64,000 nucleotides of DNA from Candidatus Babeliales bacterium (GTDB lineage Bacteria > Babelota > Babeliae > Babelales > JACPOV01): NCBI GenBank assembly GCA_050250855.1, contig JBFWNW010000003.1, forward strand, positions 145,856 through 209,855, in the 5' to 3' direction. The position numbers and the translations under genes were made by a program. Below the pieces are notes generated by a model. It was not told the origin of the DNA. It made no database searches and saw only the letters and a list, made by a program, of their open reading frames with translations. Below are positions 27,624 through 36,877 of this stretch, one piece after another (within the stretch, counting starts at the first letter, position 1; each line of letters opens with the position of its first letter).

Positions 27624-29381
27624 ATGAAGAAATCTCTTATATCCCTTAGTATCCTCTTTTTCTCTCTTACTTGTCTGCATGCAGCAACCGTTGATCTTAA
27701 ACTTAATAAAATCGATGAAAAAACTTATAAAGCGGAAGTCAGCTTTGCACTCCAAGATGGCGAGCTCCTGTATCAACACGTTACTGATTTTTCTGTAGAT
27801 AGTCCTTATGTCGCTCTAGGACCGGTCAACGCACACAAAAGCCCGCTTAATAAATATGACCCTATCAGTAAAGAAACGCGTTTGATTTTTGAGCATGACG
27901 TTACTTATAGCATGGATCTTGCCAATAAAAAAGAAGGCTCCAATCCTGCACGGTTTTACGTTACGTATCAAACAAACCAACAAACAGTTCCTGATTATAA
28001 AATTTTTGAACTCCCATTTTCTGTAAAAGCAGCAGAAGAAACAACTTTAACTAAACCTGAAAAAGCTGCTGAACAAAAAACTGTTCATACGGCAAAGCAA
28101 CAATCATGGCTTAATATTCATGCATGGTCTTCATTACTTTCTTCCGTTATTGAACAAAGTAAATCATTGCCAATTCGTTTAGCATTAGTATTCTTGCTTG
28201 GCTTATTGCTCAGCTTAACGCCCTGCATTTATCCTATGATTCCGATCACCGTTGGCATTTTACAAACACAACAAAAAAAATCAGTATTTCATAATTTTTT
28301 AAATGCTTTTGCTTACACTATAGGAATTTCTACTACGTTTGCTTGCCTTGGTCTCTTGGCAAGTTTTAGTGGCCCCATTTACGGCAAACTGCTCATGAGC
28401 CCTATTTCTGTAGGGATATTAGTTATAATGCTTGGGTATTTAGGATTATCTATGTTTGGACTTTATGATATTCAAGTGCCACAATTTTTGCGTACTCAAA
28501 AAACAATGCCGACGGGTGCTTCTTATATTTCATCATTTTTATTTGGTGCTGCAAGCGGTACCATTGCTTCACCGTGCGTATCACCAGGACTTATTTTATT
28601 GCTCAGTATTGTTGCTGGCCTTGGCAGTGTTTTTCTTGGGTTTCTCTTGCTCTTTGCTTTTGGCGTAGGATTAAGTATGCCGTTATTGCTTATTGGCACT
28701 TTTTCAACATCACTGAATATACTACCCCGCGCAGGACTGTGGATGGTGGAAGTAAAAAAGATTTTTGGCATCATGCTCTTTGCCGTCTGCTTTTATTATT
28801 TGCATAATATTATGGCATTAACAACGCTCATGTATTTGATAAGTATATTTTTAATGGCCCTTGGTACTTATTTTCTGGTAACAAGTCATAAAACAACTTC
28901 TTACGGCATTAAGCGCTATCATACGCTTATGGGATTTGTTTTGATATGCGCGTCACTTCTTTGCCTTGGTTATACCCTGCAGCATGCTTATTTAGTAGTG
29001 CCAGAAGAAAAACATGCTACTAATTTTTGGAACACCAATTATCAAGAAGCACGTCAAAAAGCAATCAATGAACACAAGTTATTATTCTTAGATTTTTGGG
29101 CAGAATATTGCAGCTTATGCAAAGCAATTAATAAAAAATTAATCTCTCAAGAAGGTATTAAAAAAGCTCTTCAAAAAACAGTACCAGTCAATATTAATGG
29201 TACTGATGAACAGCAAGAACCCTACAAAACGTTGCATACAAAGTTTTCTATTAAAGGCTTTCCGACCTATTTACTCGTTGATCCAACTAATGAGCTTGTG
29301 CTCAAAGAATGGCACAGTGAGTTGTATCACATGGATGAAGAAACTTTTGTTCAGGAATTAGAGCTGTATACTAAACGATAA
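27624..29381 (+). CDS. dsbD: Thiol:disulfide interchange protein DsbD-like (TM core plus C-terminal thioredoxin domain)
   Basis: TM cysteines in LSLTPCIYPM and ASPCVSPG. C-terminal thioredoxin WAEYCSLCK. The N-terminal periplasmic domain has no Cys. Confidence 0.8.
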   Translation: MKKSLISLSILFFSLTCLHAATVDLKLNKIDEKTYKAEVSFALQDGELLYQHVTDFSVDSPYVALGPVNAHKSPLNKYDPISKETRLIFEHDVTYSMDLANKKEGSNPARFYVTYQTNQQTVPDYKIFELPFSVKAAEETTLTKPEKAAEQKTVHTAKQQSWLNIHAWSSLLSSVIEQSKSLPIRLALVFLLGLLLSLTPCIYPMIPITVGILQTQQKKSVFHNFLNAFAYTIGISTTFACLGLLASFSGPIYGKLLMSPISVGILVIMLGYLGLSMFGLYDIQVPQFLRTQKTMPTGASYISSFLFGAASGTIASPCVSPGLILLLSIVAGLGSVFLGFLLLFAFGVGLSMPLLLIGTFSTSLNILPRAGLWMVEVKKIFGIMLFAVCFYYLHNIMALTTLMYLISIFLMALGTYFLVTSHKTTSYGIKRYHTLMGFVLICASLLCLGYTLQHAYLVVPEEKHATNFWNTNYQEARQKAINEHKLLFLDFWAEYCSLCKAINKKLISQEGIKKALQKTVPVNINGTDEQQEPYKTLHTKFSIKGFPTYLLVDPTNELVLKEWHSELYHMDEETFVQELELYTKR

Positions 29382-29446
29382 AATTTAAAATTATACTATT
29401 TACTTTTAGTAAATTTGCACATTTAAAATACAGAACTTAGTTTATC

Positions 29447-29618
29447 CCGTTCGTGGTGAGGAGCAAACTTGTTTAGTTTGCGTTCCTGTCCTGAGCTCGA
29501 CGAAGGGTCGAACCATAACGACAAATTTCCTAAAAAAGATAAAACCATAAATCTTACTTTAATTTTGAGTTCGAATGGTTCGAGACGTTTTTCTTCGAAA
29601 AACCCTCACCACGAACGG
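29447..29618. repeat. GC-rich inverted-repeat element (locus B), same family as 18246-18413
   Basis: Left arm is 29447-29516 (ccgttcgtggtgagg...gtcgaaccat). Right arm is 29575-29618 (atggttcgagacgtttttcttcgaaaaaccctcaccacgaacgg). Confidence 0.8.
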
Positions 29619-29704
29619 AATATAGGATTTTAAGTATATACCTCTTAAGCCAATTTTGACTTAAAAATTAGCCTTTTGCAACGCAAATTGTATCGAAGGG
29701 TAGT

Positions 29705-30043
29705 TTACGCACCGTGATACGAGGTATCTTTTCTCTCTTTCTCTTCTAGTTCTTTGCGTTTGGTAATAATTTGACGGTACATAGTATCAATAACGCGGTC
29801 AAGTACGTCATAAAAATCTGGCCCCTCGTAATCTGAGTTTAAATAATAACGAGGTGTTTTAACTAAAATATGCACTTTGTGATGCGCATGAATTTTTGAA
29901 GGGTCAAGAAAAATTTCAAGATAAATAGGTTCACGTTCATGCTCAAGAATTTTTTCAATTTTTTTAATCTGTTGGTTAATATAATCTTCCATTACTTGCG
30001 AGTGATCCATACCACGAAAGGTAATTTTTTTTTCCATAATCAT
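29705..30043 (-). CDS. hpf: Ribosome hibernation promoting factor (short HPF/RaiA family)
   Basis: ITFRGMDHSQVMEDYI...HKVHILV...DFYDVLDRVIDTMYRQI is typical of sigma-54 modulation/HPF proteins. The start may be the ATG at 30037. Confidence 0.8.
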   Translation of the reverse strand: MIMEKKITFRGMDHSQVMEDYINQQIKKIEKILEHEREPIYLEIFLDPSKIHAHHKVHILVKTPRYYLNSDYEGPDFYDVLDRVIDTMYRQIITKRKELEEKERKDTSYHGA

Positions 30044-30178
30044 AGTTCCTTTTTTTATATTTTTAACACCATAACTTTAGCAAAATCTCTGCTCCCCTGC
30101 AATAAACATTAAAGCCATTTGCATAATAACCAATCTTTTATGTATGCTTGGCATAAATAATTAAAAAAAGGAGCTCGT

Positions 30179-30757
30179 ATGAAAAAAATAATATCTTCCT
30201 TACTACTTCTAGCTACAGCAAATATATATGCTATCATGTTTGATGCTGAAACTGAAAAAAAAATGAAAAAAGGCAACGAACTTTTTTATTTTGAGTGCGT
30301 TGCATGCGAACAGCTCCTTGATGAAACATTTCCTCTCACGACTATTGCTAAAGCAACAAAAGATAAATTTGATGCATTAAGACCAGGAACTATTCTCTAT
30401 GCAGCGAGTTTTGAACAATCTCGTACCATAGCAACAGAACTTCTTGATATCATAGAAAATCAAACAGATTATCAAGAAGCCTTGCAGCAAGCACAAGCAT
30501 TTGATACCAGTGAAGCATGGAGCATTGTGCACGCTATTGTCTATAAAAAAGCACGAGAACTCATTCAAGAAAAAAGCGACCTTGTTTTTCCATCACTCTT
30601 AAAAGATTACACTGATATGAAGTTAAAGCTTCGTGAATTTGCACAAGCAAATAAAACCATTGATCCTAAAAAGAATGGGCCTTATTTGGAAGCGCTTTCC
30701 TTTGTTATCTATCATATTGAATATATAAAAAAGGAATCACAAACGGTTGAAGATTAA
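30179..30757 (+). CDS. Secreted protein, function unknown
   Basis: 192 aa. Signal peptide MKKIISSLLLLATANIYA. GGAG RBS. Confidence 0.55.
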   Translation: MKKIISSLLLLATANIYAIMFDAETEKKMKKGNELFYFECVACEQLLDETFPLTTIAKATKDKFDALRPGTILYAASFEQSRTIATELLDIIENQTDYQEALQQAQAFDTSEAWSIVHAIVYKKARELIQEKSDLVFPSLLKDYTDMKLKLREFAQANKTIDPKKNGPYLEALSFVIYHIEYIKKESQTVED

Positions 30758-32079
30758 CGTTTAACCATCTTGCGTAGCACAAATACAACAGGCACACCAA
30801 GCAGATCAAATTGATCACGCATAACGTTTTCAAAAAATGCAAGCTGGCTTGGTCCAAACCACGTTGGATGATTTACTTTGACCAGCAACGTCAACGGTGC
30901 TGCCGAGATTTGTTTAACGCTTCGCACATGTAATAATTCACCAGAATGATAAAGAGGCGTTCTATGCAATGCATCTTTAAAAAGCATCGTCAGTGTATGA
31001 TCAGAAATTTTTTGGTTATAACGCTCCCAGACCTGTTTAATTAAAGGTAAAATTTTGCCAACATTTTTACCACTTTTGCATGAAATAAAAAGATGAGGAA
31101 TCTTTTTGAACAATTGACGATAAAACTCAAATTGCTCTTCAAATTTTTCACGTATTTCTTCATCAACTAAATCTGTTTTATTAATCAGAAGAATAAGCGC
31201 TTTACCTTGTTCAAATGCATAAAAAGCTAATTTTAATTCTTGGTCACTTAATTGTCCTTCAGAGCCATCAACCAACAATAAAACAATATCTGCATTATCA
31301 ATAGCGGTGAATGATGTTTTGACCATCAATTTTTCTAGAGGCTCTTCCACTTTGCGCTTACGTCTAATTCCTGGCGTATCAGTCAAGGTAAATGTTTCTT
31401 GATAAAATTTTATCGGTTCAGTAATTGCTTCGCGCGTGGTACCTGGAATTTCGCTCACTAAAACACGTTCTTGCTCTAGCATAATATTCATGAGTGAAGA
31501 TTTTCCAACGTTTGGCTTACCAATAAATGTTACACGCAAGGTTGGTTCTTCTTGTTTGCTTTGAGACTTTTCAGGAAGTACCGCAAGCAATGCATCAAGT
31601 ACCTCTGCTATACCGGTACCATGCTGCGCAGAAATACCAAGAACATCAGAAAAACCTAATTGAAAAAAATCATACGTATTTGCTTGTGCCTGTTGATTAT
31701 CAATTTTATTAACGGCAATAATGACCGGTTTTCCTGTTTTGTGCAGCACTTTTGCAAGTTCACGATCTTCTACCGTAAGACCAGCGCTTCCATCAACAAC
31801 AAAAAGTAATACATCCCCCTGATCTAATAAATTCAAACCAAGTAGACGCACCTGCTCTGCCAAAGGATCTTGTGATTTTCTTAATGAAATACCACCACTA
31901 TCAAGCAAGGTAAAGCAACGATCTTGCCAACAGATCACATCTTTTACAAAATCTCGCGTTACCCCTTCATAATTAAGGGCAAGGCTTTTTACATTTTCTG
32001 ACAAACGATTAAAAAAAGTAGATTTGCCAACGTTGGTACGACCAACAATAATAACTTGGGGCAATTTATGCATGCTCAT
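30754..32079 (-). CDS. der: Ribosome-associated GTPase Der (EngA)
   Basis: Two G domains (GRTNVGKST and GKPNVGKSS) plus a C-terminal KH-like domain. Confidence 0.92.
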   Translation of the reverse strand: MSMHKLPQVIIVGRTNVGKSTFFNRLSENVKSLALNYEGVTRDFVKDVICWQDRCFTLLDSGGISLRKSQDPLAEQVRLLGLNLLDQGDVLLFVVDGSAGLTVEDRELAKVLHKTGKPVIIAVNKIDNQQAQANTYDFFQLGFSDVLGISAQHGTGIAEVLDALLAVLPEKSQSKQEEPTLRVTFIGKPNVGKSSLMNIMLEQERVLVSEIPGTTREAITEPIKFYQETFTLTDTPGIRRKRKVEEPLEKLMVKTSFTAIDNADIVLLLVDGSEGQLSDQELKLAFYAFEQGKALILLINKTDLVDEEIREKFEEQFEFYRQLFKKIPHLFISCKSGKNVGKILPLIKQVWERYNQKISDHTLTMLFKDALHRTPLYHSGELLHVRSVKQISAAPLTLLVKVNHPTWFGPSQLAFFENVMRDQFDLLGVPVVFVLRKMVKR

Positions 32080-33757
32080 CCTTTGGAACTTCCGTCACGG
32101 TGCCGGGAAAAATTTTTAATACTAAATTTGTTTTTTTCCATCTATCAGTATCTGATACATCAATTGCTTTTTCTACTACCTTTTTTTGTGGAGATGCGTA
32201 TAGAGGGCGCTTTTGAGAGCTGAACTTTTCTGGCTGTTGCGCTTGCTGCTTTGGTCTTGGTGCAACAGGTGGCCTTACTGTAGATAGTTCACGCGGTACA
32301 GGTGTTGTCTGCTTTGCTGGATCTGCAAATAGAGATTTGACGGTTGTTGTTGCGCCAAAAAGCTGCGCAATAATAGGCTGCCAATCTTTTGCCGTATCTT
32401 TAAGAAGATCTTCAAAAAATGAAAAGTTTTCAGGAAATATGAGGGTAATAATAGTATCTTCATGCGCAGCAAATCGCCCTTGCTTGAATACCGAAAAAAC
32501 AAGTGGATCATTCAACAAGGAAACTTTTTCTAAAAAAGAATGCCACAGCGGATTCCCTGCTGTTTGATTTTCTATCGGTGCTGCTTTTTGCGGTAACACC
32601 GTTGGCTTGACTGCATCTGAAGTATGTACCGAAGCTTTTTCACGTGATTGCGAACCATGATTACCACCTTTAACTTTTTGCGCTATGCATACTAAAACAT
32701 ATTCAAGCACAGCATGTTGGGCTCGCGTTTTTGCAAACAACAACTCATGATCGTAAAAAAGCTGTAAACATTCGGTGAAAAACTGAGTAGAATGGCGCTC
32801 TATCAATAGTGCTAATTCTTCAGAAAAAGAAACGGTGATACCATATCCTGACCATAACGCCTTACGCATTAATTCTACACTTGCATCCCATGCAATTGAT
32901 GCAGAAAAAGAATGGAATGAAATTTCCTGCATATAAGAAAGTGCTTGTGCAATGTTTCCTTGTAAAATAAAGGAAAACAGATGCATTAAACGCTCTTGAT
33001 CCAAATGACCAAGTACACCCAATACAGCTTGCGCGCTCACCGTACGTGCCGTAAAACGCACTTGCTCTAACAAGTTAAGGGCATCACGCACAGAGCCTTC
33101 TGTTTGTTTGACAATCAGCTCAAGCGCTTCTTTCTCATAGGAAATTTCTTCTTTTGTGCAAACAAATTCTAAATGCTTTACTAATGCGGCAGAAGGTAAT
33201 GCTTTGAAAAAAACTTGAAAGCAACGCGATGTTACGGTTTCTATAATTTTTTGAGGATCGGTTGTTGCTAAAATAAAAAATACTGAAGCTGGTGGTTCTT
33301 CTAAAATCTTTAAAAAGGCATTAAAAGCTGCCTTACTGAGCATATGGGCTTCATCAATCAGATAAATTTTTTTGCGCCCAAGCAGTGGCATAAGAGAAGC
33401 GGCATCAATAATGCTGCGTACATTATCAACGCCCGTATGAGAAGCGGCATCAATTTCTATAAAATCTGGATGGTTACCGCCTTTCATGGCACTACAAGAA
33501 GCACACGAAAGGCAAGGGATTGCTTCTTTAGGGTTTTTCTGAAATACCGGCAAATTTTGGCAATTAACCGCAGCAGCAAATATACGTGCTGCCGTTGTTT
33601 TTCCACAGCCTCGCTGGCCAGAAAAAAGATACACGGGGAAGTAATGGTCCAGATATAAACTGTTTTTTAGCATACGTACTGGCAGCTCTTGCCCAACGAT
33701 TTCATTAAAGGTACGGGAGCGCCATTTACGTGCTAAGTTTAACTTTATTTCACTCAT
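32066..33757 (-). CDS. dnaX: DNA polymerase III subunit gamma/tau
   Basis: Walker A GQRGCGKTT. Zinc-module cysteines CQNL...CLSCASC. IDEAHML. Sensor TSRC. Confidence 0.9.
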   Translation of the reverse strand: MSEIKLNLARKWRSRTFNEIVGQELPVRMLKNSLYLDHYFPVYLFSGQRGCGKTTAARIFAAAVNCQNLPVFQKNPKEAIPCLSCASCSAMKGGNHPDFIEIDAASHTGVDNVRSIIDAASLMPLLGRKKIYLIDEAHMLSKAAFNAFLKILEEPPASVFFILATTDPQKIIETVTSRCFQVFFKALPSAALVKHLEFVCTKEEISYEKEALELIVKQTEGSVRDALNLLEQVRFTARTVSAQAVLGVLGHLDQERLMHLFSFILQGNIAQALSYMQEISFHSFSASIAWDASVELMRKALWSGYGITVSFSEELALLIERHSTQFFTECLQLFYDHELLFAKTRAQHAVLEYVLVCIAQKVKGGNHGSQSREKASVHTSDAVKPTVLPQKAAPIENQTAGNPLWHSFLEKVSLLNDPLVFSVFKQGRFAAHEDTIITLIFPENFSFFEDLLKDTAKDWQPIIAQLFGATTTVKSLFADPAKQTTPVPRELSTVRPPVAPRPKQQAQQPEKFSSQKRPLYASPQKKVVEKAIDVSDTDRWKKTNLVLKIFPGTVTEVPKDEHA

Positions 33758-33814
33758 AGTAGTTTAAGAATAGAGCAAAAAGAGAAATTTGCCAAAGTAT
33801 ACTTAAAAATCCTG

Positions 33815-34027
33815 CTAATCTTGCTTTTCTTTTTGACTTAGATCAGTAGAACTCACGTGACCGTACTGTTGATTTTGTACGTCATTGACCGGTGGGGTTA
33901 TTAATCCTTTTTCTTGGAAATAGTGCCACAAAAATTCCAGGCAATTTGAACAACCCTCTGCTTCATCCATACCTTGTACTGCAAAAACCATGCTACATGC
34001 TACTACTAATAAGAACTTCTTCATCAA
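33815..34027 (-). CDS. Small secreted protein, function unknown
   Basis: 70 aa. Signal peptide MMKKFLLVVACSMVFAVQG. A GAGG RBS sits 7 nt upstream, right after the SRP RNA U-tract. Confidence 0.45.
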   Translation of the reverse strand: MMKKFLLVVACSMVFAVQGMDEAEGCSNCLEFLWHYFQEKGLITPPVNDVQNQQYGHVSSTDLSQKEKQD

Positions 34028-34044
34028 AAAACCTCAAAAAAAAT

Positions 34045-34128
34045 GGGAAGCGATACAAGATATTTTACACTTCTGCTGCTTCGTTTCCGACCTGACAGGG
34101 TGAGCATAAAAAACCTTTATTGCTTCCC
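34045..34128 (-). ncRNA. ffs: Small (4.5S-type) signal recognition particle RNA
   Basis: The minus-strand RNA starts GGGAAGCAAUA and ends UAUCGCUUCCC, which together form the closing helix. The apical domain IV, CAGGUCG-GAAA-CGAAGCAGC, matches E. coli CAGGUCC-GGAA-GGAAGCAGC. A U-tract follows. Confidence 0.85.
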
Positions 34129-34220
34129 AAACTTATAATTTCATTAACAAGATATTGTTATGGTATCTTATTTTATAAAAAAAACAACCGAAAAATAAAA
34201 GGCCCGCTACGCGCGACGGC

Positions 34221-34253
34221 GGATGGCCGTGCCATACGTAGCTTTAGCGAAGT
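34221..34253. repeat. Direct repeat copy 1 (ggatggccgtgccatacgtagctttagcgaagt)
   Basis: Identical to 34359-34390 apart from a 1-nt indel. Lies in a GC-rich segment between ffs and tRNA-Ser. Confidence 0.75.
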
Positions 34254-34358
34254 TAGACTTCTGTATTAAGTTCGGCCCTACTACGCCAAGGCTTCGAAGG
34301 GCATACTTCGCTTTCGTTTTCTTTAGTTAATCGTTCTTATTATATCAACCTTTAAAAA

Positions 34359-34390
34359 GGATGGCCTGCCATACGTAGCTTTAGCGAAGT
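34359..34390. repeat. Direct repeat copy 2, abutting the 3' end of tRNA-Ser
   Basis: ggatggcctgccatacgtagctttagcgaagt ends 1 nt from the tRNA CCA end at 34392. Confidence 0.75.
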
Positions 34391-34391
34391 A

Positions 34392-34483
34392 TGGCGGAGA
34401 GAGAGGGATTCGAACCCTCGATGCCTTTTTAGAGACATACACGATTTCCAATCGTGCTCCTTCGACCGCTCGGACATCTCTCC
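34392..34483 (-). tRNA. tRNA-Ser (anticodon GGA), CCA encoded
   Basis: Folded by hand. Acceptor stem is GGAGAGA/TCTCTCC. Anticodon stem is CACGA/TCGTG with loop TTGGAAA. It has a long variable arm, T-arm GAGGG-TTCGAAT-CCCTC, discriminator G and CCA. Confidence 0.9.
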
Positions 34484-34494
34484 AACCTTTTAGT

Positions 34495-35346
34495 CTATTT
34501 TTTTGCAGTTTTTACCGGCTCTTTAGTTTTCATTTTCTTAAGAACAGGTTTTTCTGCTTTTTCTTTTTTAGATGTTGTTTCTTCTTCTTCATCTAATACT
34601 GCTACATCAGTCTCTGCAGCTTTAATTTCTTCAACCGTTGGCTTTTTCTGCTCTTTAGGTTTACTTACAGATGCCTGCTGACCTTTTTGAACTGCTTGCG
34701 CAAGATAGTCTAAAATAATGCTAATTGATTTTGGCGCATCATCATTGCATGGGATAACATAATCAACCGCGCTTGGATCGCTATTTGTATCTACTAATGC
34801 AACAACAGGAATTCCCATGCTCATTGCCTCACGCAATGCTGTTGACTCTTTTTTGACATCAACAAGAACAATAGCCGCCACAGGCCAGCTCATATTAATA
34901 ATTGAGCCGATGTTTTTGTTAAGGCGGTCAATGCTCTTTTGCATAACGCCAAGCTCTTTTTTAGTATAATGTGCATGCTCAGTTTTTTTGACAACATCCT
35001 CAAGATGCAACAGCTTAGTGAATGATTTTTTCACTTGGGGATTATTAGTAAGCGTACCACCAATCCAACGATGTGTTACAAAAGGATTGTTAAGCTTTTC
35101 GCCTACTTGCTTGATAATCCCTTGAGCAGCTTTCTTGGTACCAATCCACATAATGGTTTTACCTTCTGCTGCAACATTTTCTAGAAATTTAGCAGCACGA
35201 TCTAACTGACGAGCTGTTTTTGAAACATCAATAAGATGTATGCCATCACGGTAGCCCCAAATATAAGGTTCCATTTTAGGGTTCCAGCGAGACATTTTGT
35301 GTCCAAAGTGGACACCTGCTTCTACAAGCTTTTTATAATCGATCAT
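34495..35346 (-). CDS. rpsB: 30S ribosomal protein S2 with Lys/Glu-rich C-terminal extension
   Basis: LVEAGVHFGHKMSRWNPKM is a typical S2 N-terminus. 283 aa. Confidence 0.92.
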   Translation of the reverse strand: MIDYKKLVEAGVHFGHKMSRWNPKMEPYIWGYRDGIHLIDVSKTARQLDRAAKFLENVAAEGKTIMWIGTKKAAQGIIKQVGEKLNNPFVTHRWIGGTLTNNPQVKKSFTKLLHLEDVVKKTEHAHYTKKELGVMQKSIDRLNKNIGSIINMSWPVAAIVLVDVKKESTALREAMSMGIPVVALVDTNSDPSAVDYVIPCNDDAPKSISIILDYLAQAVQKGQQASVSKPKEQKKPTVEEIKAAETDVAVLDEEEETTSKKEKAEKPVLKKMKTKEPVKTAKK

Positions 35347-35476
35347 AATATCCTTTCAGGTTATATCGATCGCCTTCTGGGTTTGGCCTACACAGGCCAA
35401 TAACCACCCGATTTACAAAGAAGGCAAGAGTTAATAAGTGTAGCAAATAGTTTAAAAATCACAATCAAAAGCTGCT

Positions 35477-36877
35477 TTAGCTCCCAATAACCTCATTATT
35501 CTTGACAGCACGAGCATAGCGTTTACCCAATAAATAGGCAGTTGCCAACCAACCAATAATAACAAGTATGAAGGTCGAGCCGTGAACTACAAACTGCATA
35601 ACCGGCCCAACAAAGTCTGAAATAATATTGAATACAGACCCGCAACCTCGTGCCATTTTTGATCCAAAAGCATCAATCCATGCCTTGGATTTAAATTTAA
35701 TATCTTTAACAGTAGGAATATACAAGCTTTCTCTAACCGGCATTGCAAACGCATAATTCACTGATTTCATCATAACAAAAACCAAGGTTAACGTTAGAGG
35801 GGAAGGCCACACCCAAAAAAACAAAAGAAGCAAGCCATTTACTGCAGGAATAAACAATAAGCAAAAACGTTCACCTAAAAAGCGCATCATATTTCTCGTT
35901 CCTATCAAAGAAATAAAAAATCCTGCAAGATGCATAGAAAACATTTGTTGGTACAAACGATAGCTAATATCAGAAACAGAGCTAGCATCTAATTGCACAA
36001 CCACAAGGCGCTGATAACTTAAAATTGCATTCAACACTTCGTAAAAAAAGAGCATACCAAAAATCCCTAATATATAAGGACGACTGAACAACATGGTCAA
36101 TCCGGACCAAAGACCAAGACTCTCTTCTTTTTCTACTTTCTTTTCTTTTTCTTTCTCTTTTTCTAGTTGATAAACCGCTTCATAGCCATGTAAAAAACTA
36201 CCAGGAACAGATTTCATAAGATATTTAACAACGAAAGGAATTACTAATGCAAAACATGAAAAGACTATCAATAAAATTTGATGATTGACAACATCAGAAA
36301 AAAATGGCTTTCCACTAACATCTCGCATTGTCAAAAAAAACCATGCAAAGCCTGCACTTAAAATACCACCTAGCTTTGAGCCTGATACTAAAACGCCATA
36401 ATTCTTTTTGGCCATCTGAGGATCACTCACTGAATTCGAGAATGCCCAGAATACACTCACCACAAAAGGAGAATATCCTTCTACAAAAAAATAAAACACC
36501 CAGCCAAACAAACGCCATGGACTTGCATCAGTATTTAACAACCCAATAGTCGGATGCCCAATAACATACGCACATATAAAGCCAAAAATTGCATAGGCAA
36601 TGCTATAAAAATAAAGAAGCTGATAACGGCGAAGTTTATCAACAAGTAATGAATAAAAAAGAATGGCTGGTATAAGAACAACCATTGCCAAACCTTTGGC
36701 ATAGGGAACATATTCTCTGCCAACAACGGTCATAAAAATTGAACTTTTTAGATCATAGATCATGGTATATGCAGCAATCACAAATAAATAAGTAAGTGAT
36801 AGTAACATAATTTTTGTTCGTTCATGTTTTTCTTTGCCAAACAGAGAAACCGATATCTGTGAAAGCACCTGATTCAT
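35477..36877 (-). CDS. NTT/TLC-family nucleotide translocase, paralog 2
   Basis: Polytopic protein with the motifs SPWRLFGWVFYFFVEGY and KSKAWIDAFGSK shared with the other NTTs. I prefer the ATG at 36877 with an AGGGGA RBS to the TTG at 36943. Confidence 0.8.
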   Translation of the reverse strand: MNQVLSQISVSLFGKEKHERTKIMLLSLTYLFVIAAYTMIYDLKSSIFMTVVGREYVPYAKGLAMVVLIPAILFYSLLVDKLRRYQLLYFYSIAYAIFGFICAYVIGHPTIGLLNTDASPWRLFGWVFYFFVEGYSPFVVSVFWAFSNSVSDPQMAKKNYGVLVSGSKLGGILSAGFAWFFLTMRDVSGKPFFSDVVNHQILLIVFSCFALVIPFVVKYLMKSVPGSFLHGYEAVYQLEKEKEKEKKVEKEESLGLWSGLTMLFSRPYILGIFGMLFFYEVLNAILSYQRLVVVQLDASSVSDISYRLYQQMFSMHLAGFFISLIGTRNMMRFLGERFCLLFIPAVNGLLLLFFWVWPSPLTLTLVFVMMKSVNYAFAMPVRESLYIPTVKDIKFKSKAWIDAFGSKMARGCGSVFNIISDFVGPVMQFVVHGSTFILVIIGWLATAYLLGKRYARAVKNNEVIGS

